Positions 48,502 through 60,276 of a stretch of 64,000 bases of DNA are shown here, in pieces (within the stretch, counting starts at the first letter, position 1; each line of letters starts with the position of its first letter). A program made the translations under genes and the position numbers. The DNA comes from Squalus acanthias. Taxonomy: Eukaryota. The notes below the pieces were generated by a model. It did no database searches. It worked only from the letters and a program-made list of their open reading frames with translations, and was not told the origin of the DNA. The DNA is taken from the NCBI GenBank assembly GCA_030390025.1, contig CM059431.1, forward strand, positions 134,480,001 to 134,544,000. The letters run 5' to 3'.

Positions 48502-51195
48502 GGCCTAGAAATTCGATATGGCCCGAAAACGGGCGGTATCACGGCCCAGCGCTATTTAGCTGCGCTGGGTCAAACTGGTCTCGGTAGCACGCAAAATGCA
48601 TACTCAGTCCTCATTAACATGATTATAGTGCTGAGCTCAGTGCTAAAACCGCTGCTCATTGGCTTACCGCTCAACAGGTCGACCAATATCGGGTGTAGTC
48701 TAATTCCAAGTTGTGTTTGGTCTAGGCTTTATCCACTACTTAAAGGGGAGGTGCATTGATGCAACAACACCTCATTATCATTTCATTTGGAGTGCCACTT
48801 GGAAGCACAACCAACTAGGAAGAGATAGCTGAGCAACAGCAGAGGGAGAGAGCAAGACTCTTCTCAGATGCGGTTCTGGAGTCACTGGTGGTGGGCGTGG
48901 AGAGGAGGAAGGCTGTCCTCTTTCCGCAGGGCAGCAGGAAGCCATTGGCCCATAGGTCCAGAAGGCTGTGGCAGGAGATATCCAATTATGTGATGACCAC
49001 CAGTGTGGTCCCCAGGTCCTCCATCCAATGCCACAAGAAGTTTAATAACCTCACATGGCAGGTCAAGGTGAGCGAAGGCTTCATCAAATGCCATATCCCA
49101 CCATCTGCACCACAAGCCTCACACACTGCTCAATGCACCACACCCCCAGCACTCACCTACCAACAATCTCCACCTATCACCACTCAGATCTCACAATCAT
49201 AGCTTCACTTCACTCTCACAACCTTACCACTGCTGCAACACTCACACCCACATCTCACACCTTGCACACACTGACAGCTATTCAACAATGGCAGGCACAT
49301 CACCCAAACACATTGCACCACACTCACTCACACACTTCCCTTTCTCTTGCAGGCTAAGGTTGCGCACAATTGATGGGAGCAGTGGCAGACAGACGGGGGG
49401 CAAGCTGCCATACTGAGACAACTGGAGGAGCGAGTGCGCGACATCATTGGAGGGGAAGTCACCAAGGCTGTGGCAATGGGCAAAGTTGAAGCCCTTGGGG
49501 ACAACAGCGGTATGCTCATTCCTAATCCTTCTTCTCACATCCCACTTCCCCCTCATCTCACAATCTCTTCTCACTTACAAGCTGCTGATGCTTTTTGCAT
49601 TCATATCTTGCTCTCGCCACCCATCCCCTCACCATAACCTGACCCGTGTGGCTTTCTGCTTTAAGATAACCAAGAACAAGCAGCAGCAGAGCCTGTCCCC
49701 GAGGCAATGGAGGAGAGCGAGGGGGCAGAAGACACTCGCAGACACCAGCTCAGAAACTGGCACTGTGCGTAATTTCGACAGTAATGTTGCTGCGGGATCT
49801 GCACAGGGTGAGGCACCGGGCATGAGTGGGCTGCAGCAAGGCCGGGGGGATAGGGTAGCTCGGGGGCCAGCTCCTCGGAGGGCGAGTTCGCATGTGTGTT
49901 CTGCTGCACATGACTCAGATGAGGACCTCGATGGGGCGGCCTTCAGAAGATGGGTGATGGGCATGCACACCGAATTTCTAGGTGCAATGGCAAGCTTGCC
50001 AGAGAACCTCTTATCAGTGTCAAGGAGCATGGAGGAGTCCTGCTCCAACATTGGATGGGGCTTTGAGCAGAGCTTGGAGCCCATGATTTCCAGGCTGGAA
50101 ATGATGGAAAACTCCAGGAGAGACCTTGTCGACCCAGACATGATGCTGGGTGTGATGGGCGATGTCGCGGCTGCCATTGCAGCACAGGCAGAAGTGACCC
50201 AACGTCTCACTGCTGCAGTGGAAGCGCAGACTGCTGTCCTGCAGGTTCAGCTTGCTGCCACCCAAGCTCAGATTGCTGCCATCGTGGCTCGGCTTACCAG
50301 TATCGAACGGGGCTTGCAGGGTGTCGCAGCAGGCCAGCAATCTGTCCTCTAACAGATTTCTAGGAATGCAGAAGTGATGCCCCGGGGGAGTGGCAGTGGG
50401 TCTGTGGAGCAGGACCCTGCTGTCCTCTCTCAGGAAAACAGCATTCCTGTTCCCACCACTGGCACTCCACCATTTCCCTTGCTGCTGCCTGTCAGCCAGG
50501 ATAGCCCTTGTCTCCGAGCAGCCACCCTCGTGTTTGATGTGGAAAATTGTTGGCCCACTGGACTGACGCAGGATGAAGGCATCATGGCTGCTGCCAGGAT
50601 AGCGGGCATTGACCATCAGGAAGCACTGGGCGTGGTCGCACAAGAACTGCACATTAAGTGAGTGGTAGCCTCTGCAGTTATGAAAGATCTCAGGTTATTA
50701 TGCGGTGCCTGCATAGCCATGTAGGTGCAGTCGATGGCGCCCTGCACCATGGGGAAGCCCGCTATCCTGGCAAAGCAGCATGCGTGCTCCTCCTGCTTCT
50801 CTCTGCTCAGAGTTGCAGAAAGTTCCACAGAGCCAGAACTGAAAAAACATGTCAGCTGCAAGTATTTGCTGATGATCCTTTTAAATAACTCTGCTGGAGC
50901 CTCCTTCCTGCGTATCAACACTTGCTCAGCTGGTCGCAATTAAGAAAGGCCAGTAAGCGGAGTGGTGAACTCGAAAATTGCAGATCAGGCGTCAACTGAG
51001 CGTTGTACACTCACTGATGTCACAATTTGCATAATCTACATAATTATAGCGAGTGCGAACATCGGCTGCGCTGCCGCCCAGCCGAAAATGGTGGCCGCCG
51101 CGGGACCCACCAACAGTGGGCAGAAGTGTGGCAGCCGCCATTTTTTTCCTGAATCGGACGGTAATGGCCGGCGCTAACCCCCGAATTTCTAGGCC
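48502..51195. mobile_element. PIF/Harbinger transposon retaining the Myb/SANT gene
   Basis: TIRs GGCCTAGAAATT/AATTTCTAGGCC; Myb/SANT exons on +; transposase fragment at about 50500-50810 on -. Confidence 0.88.
48830..50352 (+). pseudogene. Harbinger Myb/SANT-like (NAIF1/MSANTD-type) DNA-binding gene, three exons, disrupted
   Basis: RARLFSDAVLESLV...LWQEI...RSSIQCHKKFNNL then GTGAG donor; acceptor TTGCAG at about 49352; long Ala/Gln-rich final exon. Confidence 0.72.
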
Positions 51196-51213
51196 TATGC
51201 CTCTCTTTATAAA

Positions 51214-51502
51214 ATTGAGAGGTCGCACAACACCAGGTTATAGTCCAACAGTTTTATTTGAAATCACAAGCTTTCGGAGCTATCGATTTGCTCCTTCCTC
51301 AGGTGAAGTAAATTAGATACAGAATCTCCAAAGCATATATGCTTTGGAGATTCTGTATCTAATTTACTTCACCTGAGGAAGGAGCAAATCGATAGCTCCG
51401 AAAGCTTGTGATTTCAAATAAAACTGTTGGACTATAACCTGGTGTTGTGCGACCTCTCAATTTTGTCCACCCCAGTCCAACACCGGCATCTCCGCATCAT
51501 GA
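51214..51502 (+). mobile_element. Palindromic Penelope-type pLTR insertion
   Basis: Loopless perfect palindrome 51211-51464 (254 bp, centre CATA|TATG); 12-bp TSD TCTCTTTATAAA (51202-51213, 51503-51514). Confidence 0.87.
51369..51411 (+). ncRNA. Minimal hammerhead ribozyme motif (mirror copy on minus strand at 51264-51306)
   Basis: TCAC-CTGAGGA-A-GGAGC/GCTCC-GAAA-GC-TT-GTGA. Confidence 0.75.
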
Positions 51503-53346
51503 TCTCTTTATAAAGCCAAGGATCCCGTATACTTTTTTTAAACAGCCTTCTCAACTTGTCCTGCCACCTTCAGAGATTTATGTACATACACCCCCAGGCC
51601 TCTCTGTTCTTGCACCCCCTTTAAAATTGTATCATTTTGTTTATATTGCCTCTCCTCATTCTTCCTACCAAAATGTATCACTCACTTCACACTTCTCTTC
51701 GTTAAATTTCATCTGCCATGTGTCTGCCCAGTTCACCAGCATGTCTATGTCCTCCTGAAGTCTGTTACTATCCTCCCCAATGTTTACTACATTTCTGAGT
51801 TTCGTGTCATCTGCAAACTTTGAAATTATGCTCTGTATACCCAAGTCCAGGTCGTCAAAAAGAGAAGTGGTCCTAATACCCAACCACTGGGGAACATCAC
51901 TGTATACTTCACTCCAGTCTGAAGAACAACCGTTCACCACTACTCTCTGCTTTCTGTCCCTTAGCCAATTTCACATCCACACTGCCACAGTCCCTTTAAT
52001 CCCATGGGCTTCAATTTTGCTAACAAATCTATGATGTGGTACTTTGTCAAACGTACATGGATGCAGAACGCTGGCAGGTGGAGGGATCCAGCTAGGGTTG
52101 CAGTCCAGTGGGTGTCATTAGGGCCAGAGGTGATGGCTAGTGTGAGGGATCAAGGGTGCAGGCGTATTTTGCAGTGGTGGTGCAGGGCTCTTATCGGAGA
52201 ATGATCCAGCCAGGGGTGCAGGCTTGGAACATTGACAGAGGGCTGGAGGGGGGTGGGGGGGGGGGGGGGGGGCAGTGATGGTGTGAGACAAGCATCGCAG
52301 GTAAAAAACACTGTGAAGGAGTTGACATAAGAAGATCCAGCCAGGGCTACATGTTGGCAATGGGGAGTGGAAGGTGATTGTGATGGGAGATAAAACAACA
52401 TGAAGGGATGGTGCTGTGAAGCATGTCTTGGAGATACCAAGGTGGAGCTGGGAGGATGAAATTTAAGTATAATGGTATGTACATGGGAACTTTAAACCAT
52501 ACTAACTTAAACCTAATACCCTGGCATGACACCTGATGTGATGTGATCTTCTTGTAAGTAAAGAATAGTACACACAATACATACATTTTAATATATTAAA
52601 GATACGCATGAAATTTGTATTAAAAAAACTTTGACTCGCACTATAAGAGTTAGTTCAGAAGCATGAAGTACTGAATCTGTCTGGTTAGGTTGTGCAGTCT
52701 ATTAATTCCACTTATTGAGCGTTCTCCTTAGCATTCTTGCCCAATTCTGTGGCATTTTGTTTCTAGTGTTTATGTGGGTGTGTCTATTACTCTTTCAGCA
52801 TTGATAAATAACTCAATTACACAGCAAGTTCTCTCTTCCTCCTGCTTTAAAATTGAATGGTTACCTAATACATTTCAGTGTTCCACATCAAGGTTTTTGA
52901 TTTTTCTATTCATTTTAGTCTGTGGTATCTCAGTGGAAAAAAGCATTATTTGATCTACAGATTTAATGAAGCCATTGGCAGAGATGAAGCATTCCAGCTG
53001 GTTCAGACACTGTCTTTCTTTGGATTTTACATCTCCACTGAAGCATGTACCAGCATCATTCTCGAGCAACGTGATATGTATACTACTTATTTCATATAGT
53101 GCAGCAATACTTCTTTGCAAGTATGCAATTGCACTCTGTAAACACAGAATACCTTTTCCCAAAGTAGAAAACAAGATAAATATAGAGCCTTGCTCCAGTA
53201 ACATTGCATTACCATTGTTTGAAAGTCACAGAATGAGAGTTAAGTTGTGAAGTATTGTTTTCTATAGGTACCAGTAAGAGAACCTGTCACTTGGTGTGAT
53301 ACTAATTCTTTTGGGGTTTAAACTATTCTGTACAATAATGCTCTAT

Positions 53347-53969
53347 GGGGGAAAATTCAGAGATCAGGCTGCTGAGTTGCTGGTCACAGCCCTTGGGTAA
53401 GTCCTTAATGGGGACAGAGAGTGGGGCGTGATCAAGAAAGGGGTGACCAGGATGGAAAGTAGCAGTGGCTGGGATGGGGGGGGGGGGGGGAAGGGGGATT
53501 GTGGCAGCAATTACAGGGGGGGGGTTGAGATTGTGTTCTGGGCTTGAACTTGCGATCCGAGGGGGGAGGCCAGCAGAGGCCCGCAAGGTTTGAATGTGGA
53601 CGTGAGAGGAGCACTCCTGCTTCTCTCAGCTCCACGTTCAGGTAAGCATATTTTAAAAACTTAAAGCTCAAAACTTGTTGGTTGCATCCTTTAAGGGTTG
53701 CGTGTTCGGCCACATGTAGGCCTGAACACAGCTGGCCTTGGGGCAACGCAATATTGCAGAGGAAGCATCAATCAGGCTCCTTATTTGAATATTCAAAGTA
53801 CCTAACACCTTGTTTGAGGCGTGGGCCTTTTTTTTTTAAACCTGTACCAATAAGGTGTGTGGCACAGTTCTGGCTCATAATAATGTGCGCTTCCTGCCCG
53901 CCATATTGAAGGTTTAGGCGTCCGTTTAGTGCCCGAAGAAAAGGAGCAGCACCATCAAATTTCTATACC
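53347..53969. mobile_element. Degenerate Harbinger-type MITE
   Basis: GGGGGAAAATTC left end, AAATTTCTATACC right end. Confidence 0.45.
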
Positions 53970-53984
53970 AGTCTCTCTTGACCC

Positions 53985-54830
53985 CTCCATTGCCTCTGTG
54001 TCATCAGACTTACCTGTCCGATGAACTTCAATTTCCTCTAGTTAAACACTGGGAAGATTGAAGCCATTTCCTTCAATCCCCTTCAATCCCACAAACTTCT
54101 TACCCTGGCCACCGTTTCCATCCCCCTCCACAGCCACTGTTTCAGGCTGCAGTAGACTTTTCCCAACTTTAGTGTCCTATTTGATCCCAGCTGAGCTTCC
54201 AACCTCATATTGTCTCCATCACAAACATTCCGTAATATTGCCCGCCTCCACCCCTACTTCAGCCCATCTGCTGCTGAAGCCCTCATCATGCCTTTGTCAC
54301 TGCCTGACTCAACTTCTCCAATGCTCTACTTGCTGGCTCCCACATCCTCCACCCTCCAGAAACTTCAGTTCTGCTGCCCGTAGCCTATCCCACACCAAGT
54401 CCCACTCACCATCACCCCTGTCCTAGCTGGCCTACATTGGCTCCTGGTTCTCCAATGTTTCAAATTTAATATTTTCATCCTCCTGTTTGAATAACTTCAT
54501 GGCCTTGCCCCTCCCTATGTCTGTAAACTCCTCCAACCCTACAATGCTCCGAACTCTCCGTTCCTCTGGGACTGGCCTCTTATGCATACCTCCCTATCTT
54601 TGTCCCACCATTGGCTGTGCTTTTGGCTACCTAGGCCCCAGGATCTGGAATTCCTTCTCTAAACCCCTTTGCCTCTCCACTTCCCTCTCCTCCTTTAAGA
54701 CACACATTCACCAAACTTTTGATCACCCCATCTAATGGCTCAGAGCCCATTTTTTGGATTATGTCTCTGAGAAGTGCCTTGGGACATATTTTCTATTCTG
54801 AAGACACTATATAAATCTGTTATTATTATT
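53985..54830 (+). mobile_element. L2 LINE 3' fragment
   Basis: NFL.LNTGK.EAI-like and HITP..LHWL-like motifs; AAGTGCCTTGGGAC end and (TAT)n tail. Confidence 0.75.
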
Positions 54831-55657
54831 GGCAAAGAAGTTCCCACATGGCAAGTTCCCAATCTCAGAGTTAGGTAGGAGTAGATGCTAAATGGAAGAC
54901 ATGGTCTTCCCCATAGGAATAACAAGACAGTGAATCTGTGAGGCATCTGCCTAGCAGAATGATCAAGAGCAGCACTGAGAGGCTACAGAACAATTATCTG
55001 CCATCCTCTTGGCCAGGAAATGATGTACTGTGCTTTTGTACTTGATGTCCTTATTTATAAAACCTAGGAACCTGCATATTTTACTTTAGAAAAGGGAGAC
55101 AAAATTAAATATTTTTGTTTATAAAAAAATGAAAGGACACTGGAACTCTGTAGATTGCAGGTTGTTGGCTGTCATTGTCTATGTATTATATTGTTTTTAT
55201 CTCCATGTGTGAAATATGATTCCTTTGCAAATTGTAAAAATCTCACATGACCTAAAAATAAGGGCACACTGGAAATCCATGTTATCTTAATAAATTTGAG
55301 CATTAAATTGATGGATGATTATTCCAGGGTACTTTAAAAGTATCACAACACATACAGAATAAGTCAGCAGTGTTGGGTTACAATATATTATTCTGCCTAA
55401 TCCTTCTCAACACCATTTGCGAGTTTCACCAACTAAGCAAGTTTAGCTTGGAATTATAAAGTAGTAACCTTCAGATTTCCTATTTGTCTTGTTTATTGTA
55501 TCTTATGGAGAAACCGACTAAAACATGTTTTACTTCACTTAGTAACTTTAAACTGTACATTCACTTCCATCACAATTGTGATTATTTTATTTCCACTGCT
55601 AAACAGTAGAAATAGTACAATTTATTTAAGAATGACACGTATCAAGCTTAAACTAAA

Positions 55658-56188
55658 GGGGGAGAAATTTGGTTGGTTAGCACCTCCCGTTAGCGCCCCG
55701 GACCCGAAATCCGGTTCCGCCCCCTGCAGCCTCGTCGGGCGTTAACACCAACAGCTGCAGGAGGCGTTGTTCGGGAGGCCTGGCGCTTCGGGAGCGCTAA
55801 TTAAAGGTAAGGCTGCTGGTCTTCAGTAGAAATGTGTTTCCTTCCTTTAGGGTGCATTTTGAACATTTTTAAAGTTAGAGTGCTTGGGGCTGATCGTCGA
55901 GGATACCGGCTGCCGTCGGCGACAATGGAGATGGTTGAAATGCAGAGCCTGCAGCACTGGCCCTTCCCTTTAATGGAGGGAAGGAACCTCGGATCCCGGC
56001 AGCACTGCAGTGGTCATTGTGCAGCGCTGCACCTCTACCGCCCTCCCTGCTTGATTTCACGCTCCAATTCCTTCCTGGCGTGCTAACACTGAATTTACTC
56101 AAAGCTGAGAATGATTAGCGCCTGCCGCTAATTTTTCCAGCTTTGAAAATTTACCACCCCAAGCGGGGCGATACCGAATTCCTTGCCC
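55658..56188. mobile_element. Harbinger MITE
   Basis: Left TIR GGGGGAGAAATT, imperfect right TIR, TSD AAA; inverted relative of 16868-17626. Confidence 0.78.
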
Positions 56189-56459
56189 AAAGTATTTTAC
56201 TGATCATACATTTTGTGGACCTCAATACTTACTTGTCCTCAAGAGAATTTGCTTTCTTGAATTAATCTGTCAGACTCAAGGGAGAGTCATAGAAACACGG
56301 GGCACGCAAAAACACCCTACACCTTTGTGTGAGGAAGTGCTTCCTGACATCGCCCCTGAACGGTCTGGCTCTAAGCGTAAGGTTGTGTCCCCTCGTTTGG
56401 ACTCCTCCACCACTACCACTGCCCCCCGCCCCCTGCCCTTACATCAGAGGAAATAGTTT

Positions 56460-57355
56460 GAAACTGAAGAAGGAAGCTGTAGACTGCGGGAAGATATCAA
56501 TAAATTGGTCAGGTGGGCAGAACAGTGGCAAATGGAATTCAATCCGAAGAAGTGTGAGGTAATGCATTTGGGGAGGGCTAACAAGGAAAGGGAATACACA
56601 TTAAATGGTAGGACACTGAGTAGTGTAGAGGAACAAAGGGACCTTGGAGTGCATGTCCACAGACCCCTGACGGTAGCAGGCCAGGTAGATAAGGTGGTTA
56701 AGAAGGCATACGGAATGCTTGCCTTTATTAGCCGTGGCATAGAATACAAGAGCAGCGGGGTTATACTTCAACTGTATAAAACACTAGTTAGGCCTCAGCT
56801 AGAGTACTGCGTGCAGTTCTGGTCACCACATTACAGGAAAGATGTGATTGCACTAGAGAAGGTACAGAGGAAATTTACAAGGATGTTGCTGGGAGTAGAG
56901 AATCTTAGCTATGAGGAAAGACTGGATAGGCTGGGTCTGTTTTCCTTGGAACAGAGGAGGCTGAGGGAAGACCTTATTGAGGTGTATAAAATTATGAGGG
57001 GTATAGATAAAGTGGATAGAAAGGACCTATTTCCCTTAGCAGAGGGGTCAAAAACCAGGGGGCACAGATTTAAAGTAATTGGGGGAAGGTTTAGAGGGGA
57101 TTTGAGGAGAAATTTCTTCACCCAGAGGGTTGTGGGGGTCTGGAACTCACTGCCTGAAAGGGTGGTAGATGCAGGAACCCTAACATCGTTTAAAAAGTAC
57201 TTGGATGTGCACTTGGGATGCTCTAACCTGCAGGGCTACGGACCAAGAGCTGGGAAGTGGGATTAGGCTGGATAGCTCTTTGTTGGCCAGCGCGGACACG
57301 ATGGGCCGAAATGGCCTCCTTCCGTGCTGTAACTTTCTATGATTCTATGATTCTA
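56460..57355 (+). mobile_element. 5'-truncated CR1 LINE
   Basis: 253-aa ORF 56505..57266; (TTCTATGA)n tail. Confidence 0.9.
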
Positions 57356-57649
57356 AATACACTGAGATACAGAAGGGTTTTACAGGAAAACTCACATTTA
57401 TCAAGTTTTACTCTATAATTTGGAATAATTTAAATAGAAAATTGAATGATAACTGTGCCAAAAAAGGAAGAGAATTAAAAATCTGTTCCCTTCAGTTATA
57501 CAGGAAAAGGTGTGAACCTAAGCTTCAAAAGCATAAACCCACACATTTACTATTCATTGCATTTCATGCATTAATTTTAATTGACTGTAATGTAACAAAA
57601 TTGTAAAATATAAATTTTAAACTGTCAATTTTTCACGTTCAGTAATTCA

Positions 57650-58048
57650 ACATTAATTGATTTCCCATCTTTTTGTCCTCTCCATTCCCCACTCCGCCTT
57701 TGCTGAAAGAGTTGATTCTGGCTGGGTATGGTACCACGGGGCTCCAGTACACTCATCCACTTGGCTATATTTCAGCTATGAGCAATGAGGGTCAGCCAGG
57801 TAACTGGGTGAGAAGGAATGAATCACTGCTGAGCTTGATCCTGTTCTCACCCAATGCCTACGTACATGCACCTTCTAGCAGGAGTCAGTGGGTAGGAAAC
57901 AAGAGCCGAAACTCTGGCAGATTCTTTCTCCTTAACTTAAGGCGCTGATGTTTTAGCTAACTTTGTGTATATCAGGATTCGAACCTGGTACCTTATGGCC
58001 TGTATGACTTAGTACCAACTGAACAGTGCCTTTACTAACTAATCCTTC
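57650..58048 (-). mobile_element. Old tRNA-derived SINE (possibly AmnSINE2-like)
   Basis: B box GGTTCGAATCC on minus strand at about 57974-57984; family assignment from memory only. Confidence 0.4.
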
Positions 58049-58369
58049 AAGGAAACAATAGTATAGTCTCATTTTAGGCTTCAGATGATGGTTACAAATC
58101 ACCTGAATTTCAGCCTCATAGTTTATGATGTCACATGAAGTCTTTATGAAATTACTCACTATTTTCTATCCCCGGATATTTACTATCCCTCCAAAAGTAT
58201 ACAGTATAGTATATATCCTGTTAATCTACTGGCACATGAAGAAAAAATAAATAAATTAGTAGCACAGGTCCTGAAGGTAATGATGTTTATTATACTCCAA
58301 TTTAAAGAATTCCTCCCAGCATCTTCATCCTTAATTAATTCAATGGAGATATTTTGTTTGTAAAAAAAC

Positions 58370-58426
58370 TATTGTTGTATAATAGTATTGTTGTATAATA
58401 GTATTGTTGTATAATAGTATTGTTGT
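58370..58426 (+). repeat. 16-bp minisatellite TATTGTTGTATAATAG, about 3.5 copies
   Basis: Read directly. Confidence 0.9.
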
Positions 58427-58532
58427 TACCGGGTATATGGAAAATATAATGGAAATTATATTTTCTAGCGTGCTGCTAAGAAACACATAGCTCCTATATC
58501 TCAACTTCCATCACCTTTTCATCCAATTCATG

Positions 58533-60114
58533 GGGGGAAAAATGTGGTTGGTTAGCGCCTCCCATTAGCGCCTCCAGGGGGCGCTAACGGGGCGCTAGGA
58601 ACTTAGGGGGAAAAATTCAGCTGCTTGCGCCTCCCGTTAGCGCCTTAAGAGGGCGCTAATGGGGCGTAAAGCAGCTAACGCCCGGGCGCAGCGCCGCCCA
58701 CGCCTCCCGTAAAATTCAGCGGGAGGTTAGCGGCGGCGCCAGCCGGTAGCGCCCTGTGGCGCTGCGCCGCCAGCGATGACGTCATCGCCGTGCGCAGCAC
58801 CCCGCTCGCGCTCCAGCCGCGATCTTCAGTCGCGCCCCCTGATTTACCGCCAGACGCTATGTCCGACGGGTTCAGGGAGGCGTACGTGCGGCCGGGGCGG
58901 CGATATTTAAAGGGGAGGTGGCAGGCGGCCATTTTTGTTGCTGGCCGCCTGCCAGCACCTGCCCCCGTTGCTGTCCCCGGCCCCCGTGAAGCCCCCCCAC
59001 CGTGAAGTGCCGGCTGCGCTCCAAGAGCCCGGCACTTCTCTTGAGTGCCGGGCTCTTTTGCCGGCACTCCCGATCCCTGGGGGCCCAGCTGGGCCCCGGT
59101 TCGCGCTGCGCAGGGTCCCTCCCCTTTAAGAAGGGGAGGAAGGCCTGCAATACCGCGGCGCGACGTGCCACAGCGCCTGGCGCTGCGGCACGTCGCGCCA
59201 GGATATTCCCTCGCAGCGCCCCAAGAGGGATGCGGGGTGCTTCCAGTGGCGCCCCGCTTCCCTCTTGGGGCGCAACCACTGAAGTTCCGGCGCGGGGCCG
59301 CTAATTTTTTCGGGGCGCTAAAAGTAGCGCCCCGGCGAGGTTAGCGCCCCAATCGGGGCGCGACTCAATTTTTAGCCCCAGGCGTCCGAGCGCGGCGATT
59401 TTAACGCCGCTCGCGAAATTGACCAGTCATTTTGTGGCGGCGCTAAACACTACTGCCACAATCTCCTGCGCCCGCAGATCGTGATGTCAGTCGAGCGTGT
59501 AATGCCCCGGTAGTTCCCCGGACCGGATATTGAGTCGCGCCCCCTGCCTTAGCGTCTGCCGCTAGGAACGACAGGTAGAGGGGAACGTTTTGAAGTCGGG
59601 AAGGGGCTGGGGGAGCACTATTTAAAGGCGGGCGCTTCCTGCCTTTTCTTGTCGGCAAAATTTTTGGTTTTAACGCTGACCTAAGGAGTTTTGGCCCTCA
59701 GCGCCACTTTTGAGGTTCCTAAGCGCCGAGCTCTTTCCCTGGGCCTATCCATTAGTGCTTCCAACACAATTGCTTTTGAGGTCTCTCCAGGCCGAGATTC
59801 AAGGCTGCAATGAGCAGGGTGTGGCTGGCCAGCAAGATGGCCCCCCCCCTTTAAGAACTGGACGGCGCCAGTGTGTCTGGCTTCCATGGTAACTGGCATC
59901 GCCTGAGCGCTTCGGTAGCGTTCTGAGGTAGTGTCTCGCTCCCTGACGTTTGCGCCTTAAGAGAGGTGTGTAGTGCCTGATTTAGCGCTCAAATCACCTC
60001 CAGTGGCGATCGAGGCGAATTTTGCAGTCAGAGGCGATAATTAGCGCCCGGCGCTAAACTTTGCGCCCGGCCGATATTAGCGCCCCAAAATGGGCGATAC
60101 TTAATTTTTCCCCC
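58533..60114. mobile_element. Harbinger MITE containing a nested related MITE (58606 to about 59378)
   Basis: Outer TIRs GGGGGAAAAAT/AATTTTTCCCCC with TSD ATG; inner GGGGGAAAAATT...AATTTTTAGCCC. Confidence 0.85.
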
Positions 60115-60276
60115 ATGGTGTAGCTGCTACATTCACAGCAACTGCTGCGTGATGCTAAAATATATTTTTTTCAAAATGCTATACAATATAAAAAGGCATT
60201 TGATTAATATAATTTCCATTATATGTGAATACGACAATACTTTTTTTTAAACAAAATATTTCAAATGAATTAAAGA

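Larger units (their letters stand above)
47950..52055 (-). mobile_element. CR1 LINE split by a Harbinger (48502-51195) and a palindromic pLTR (51214-51502)
   Basis: RT C-terminal ORF 47826..48329; FADD in ORF 51665..51940; host TACTC|TATGCC rejoins. Confidence 0.82.

Noticed and set aside
49447..50352. Novel 301-aa protein
   Set aside because: Intron plus last exon of the Harbinger Myb/SANT gene read through in one frame.
52249..52272. Long G runs (also about 53476-53490) as functional G-quadruplexes
   Set aside because: Simple homopolymers of uncertain length; no supporting context.
58370..58426. CRISPR-like repeat
   Set aside because: Head-to-tail minisatellite without spacers in a vertebrate intron.
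58675..59344. Overlapping GC-rich ORFs and CpG-island-like promoter
   Set aside because: Entirely inside nested MITEs; stop-codon scarcity is explained by GC content.
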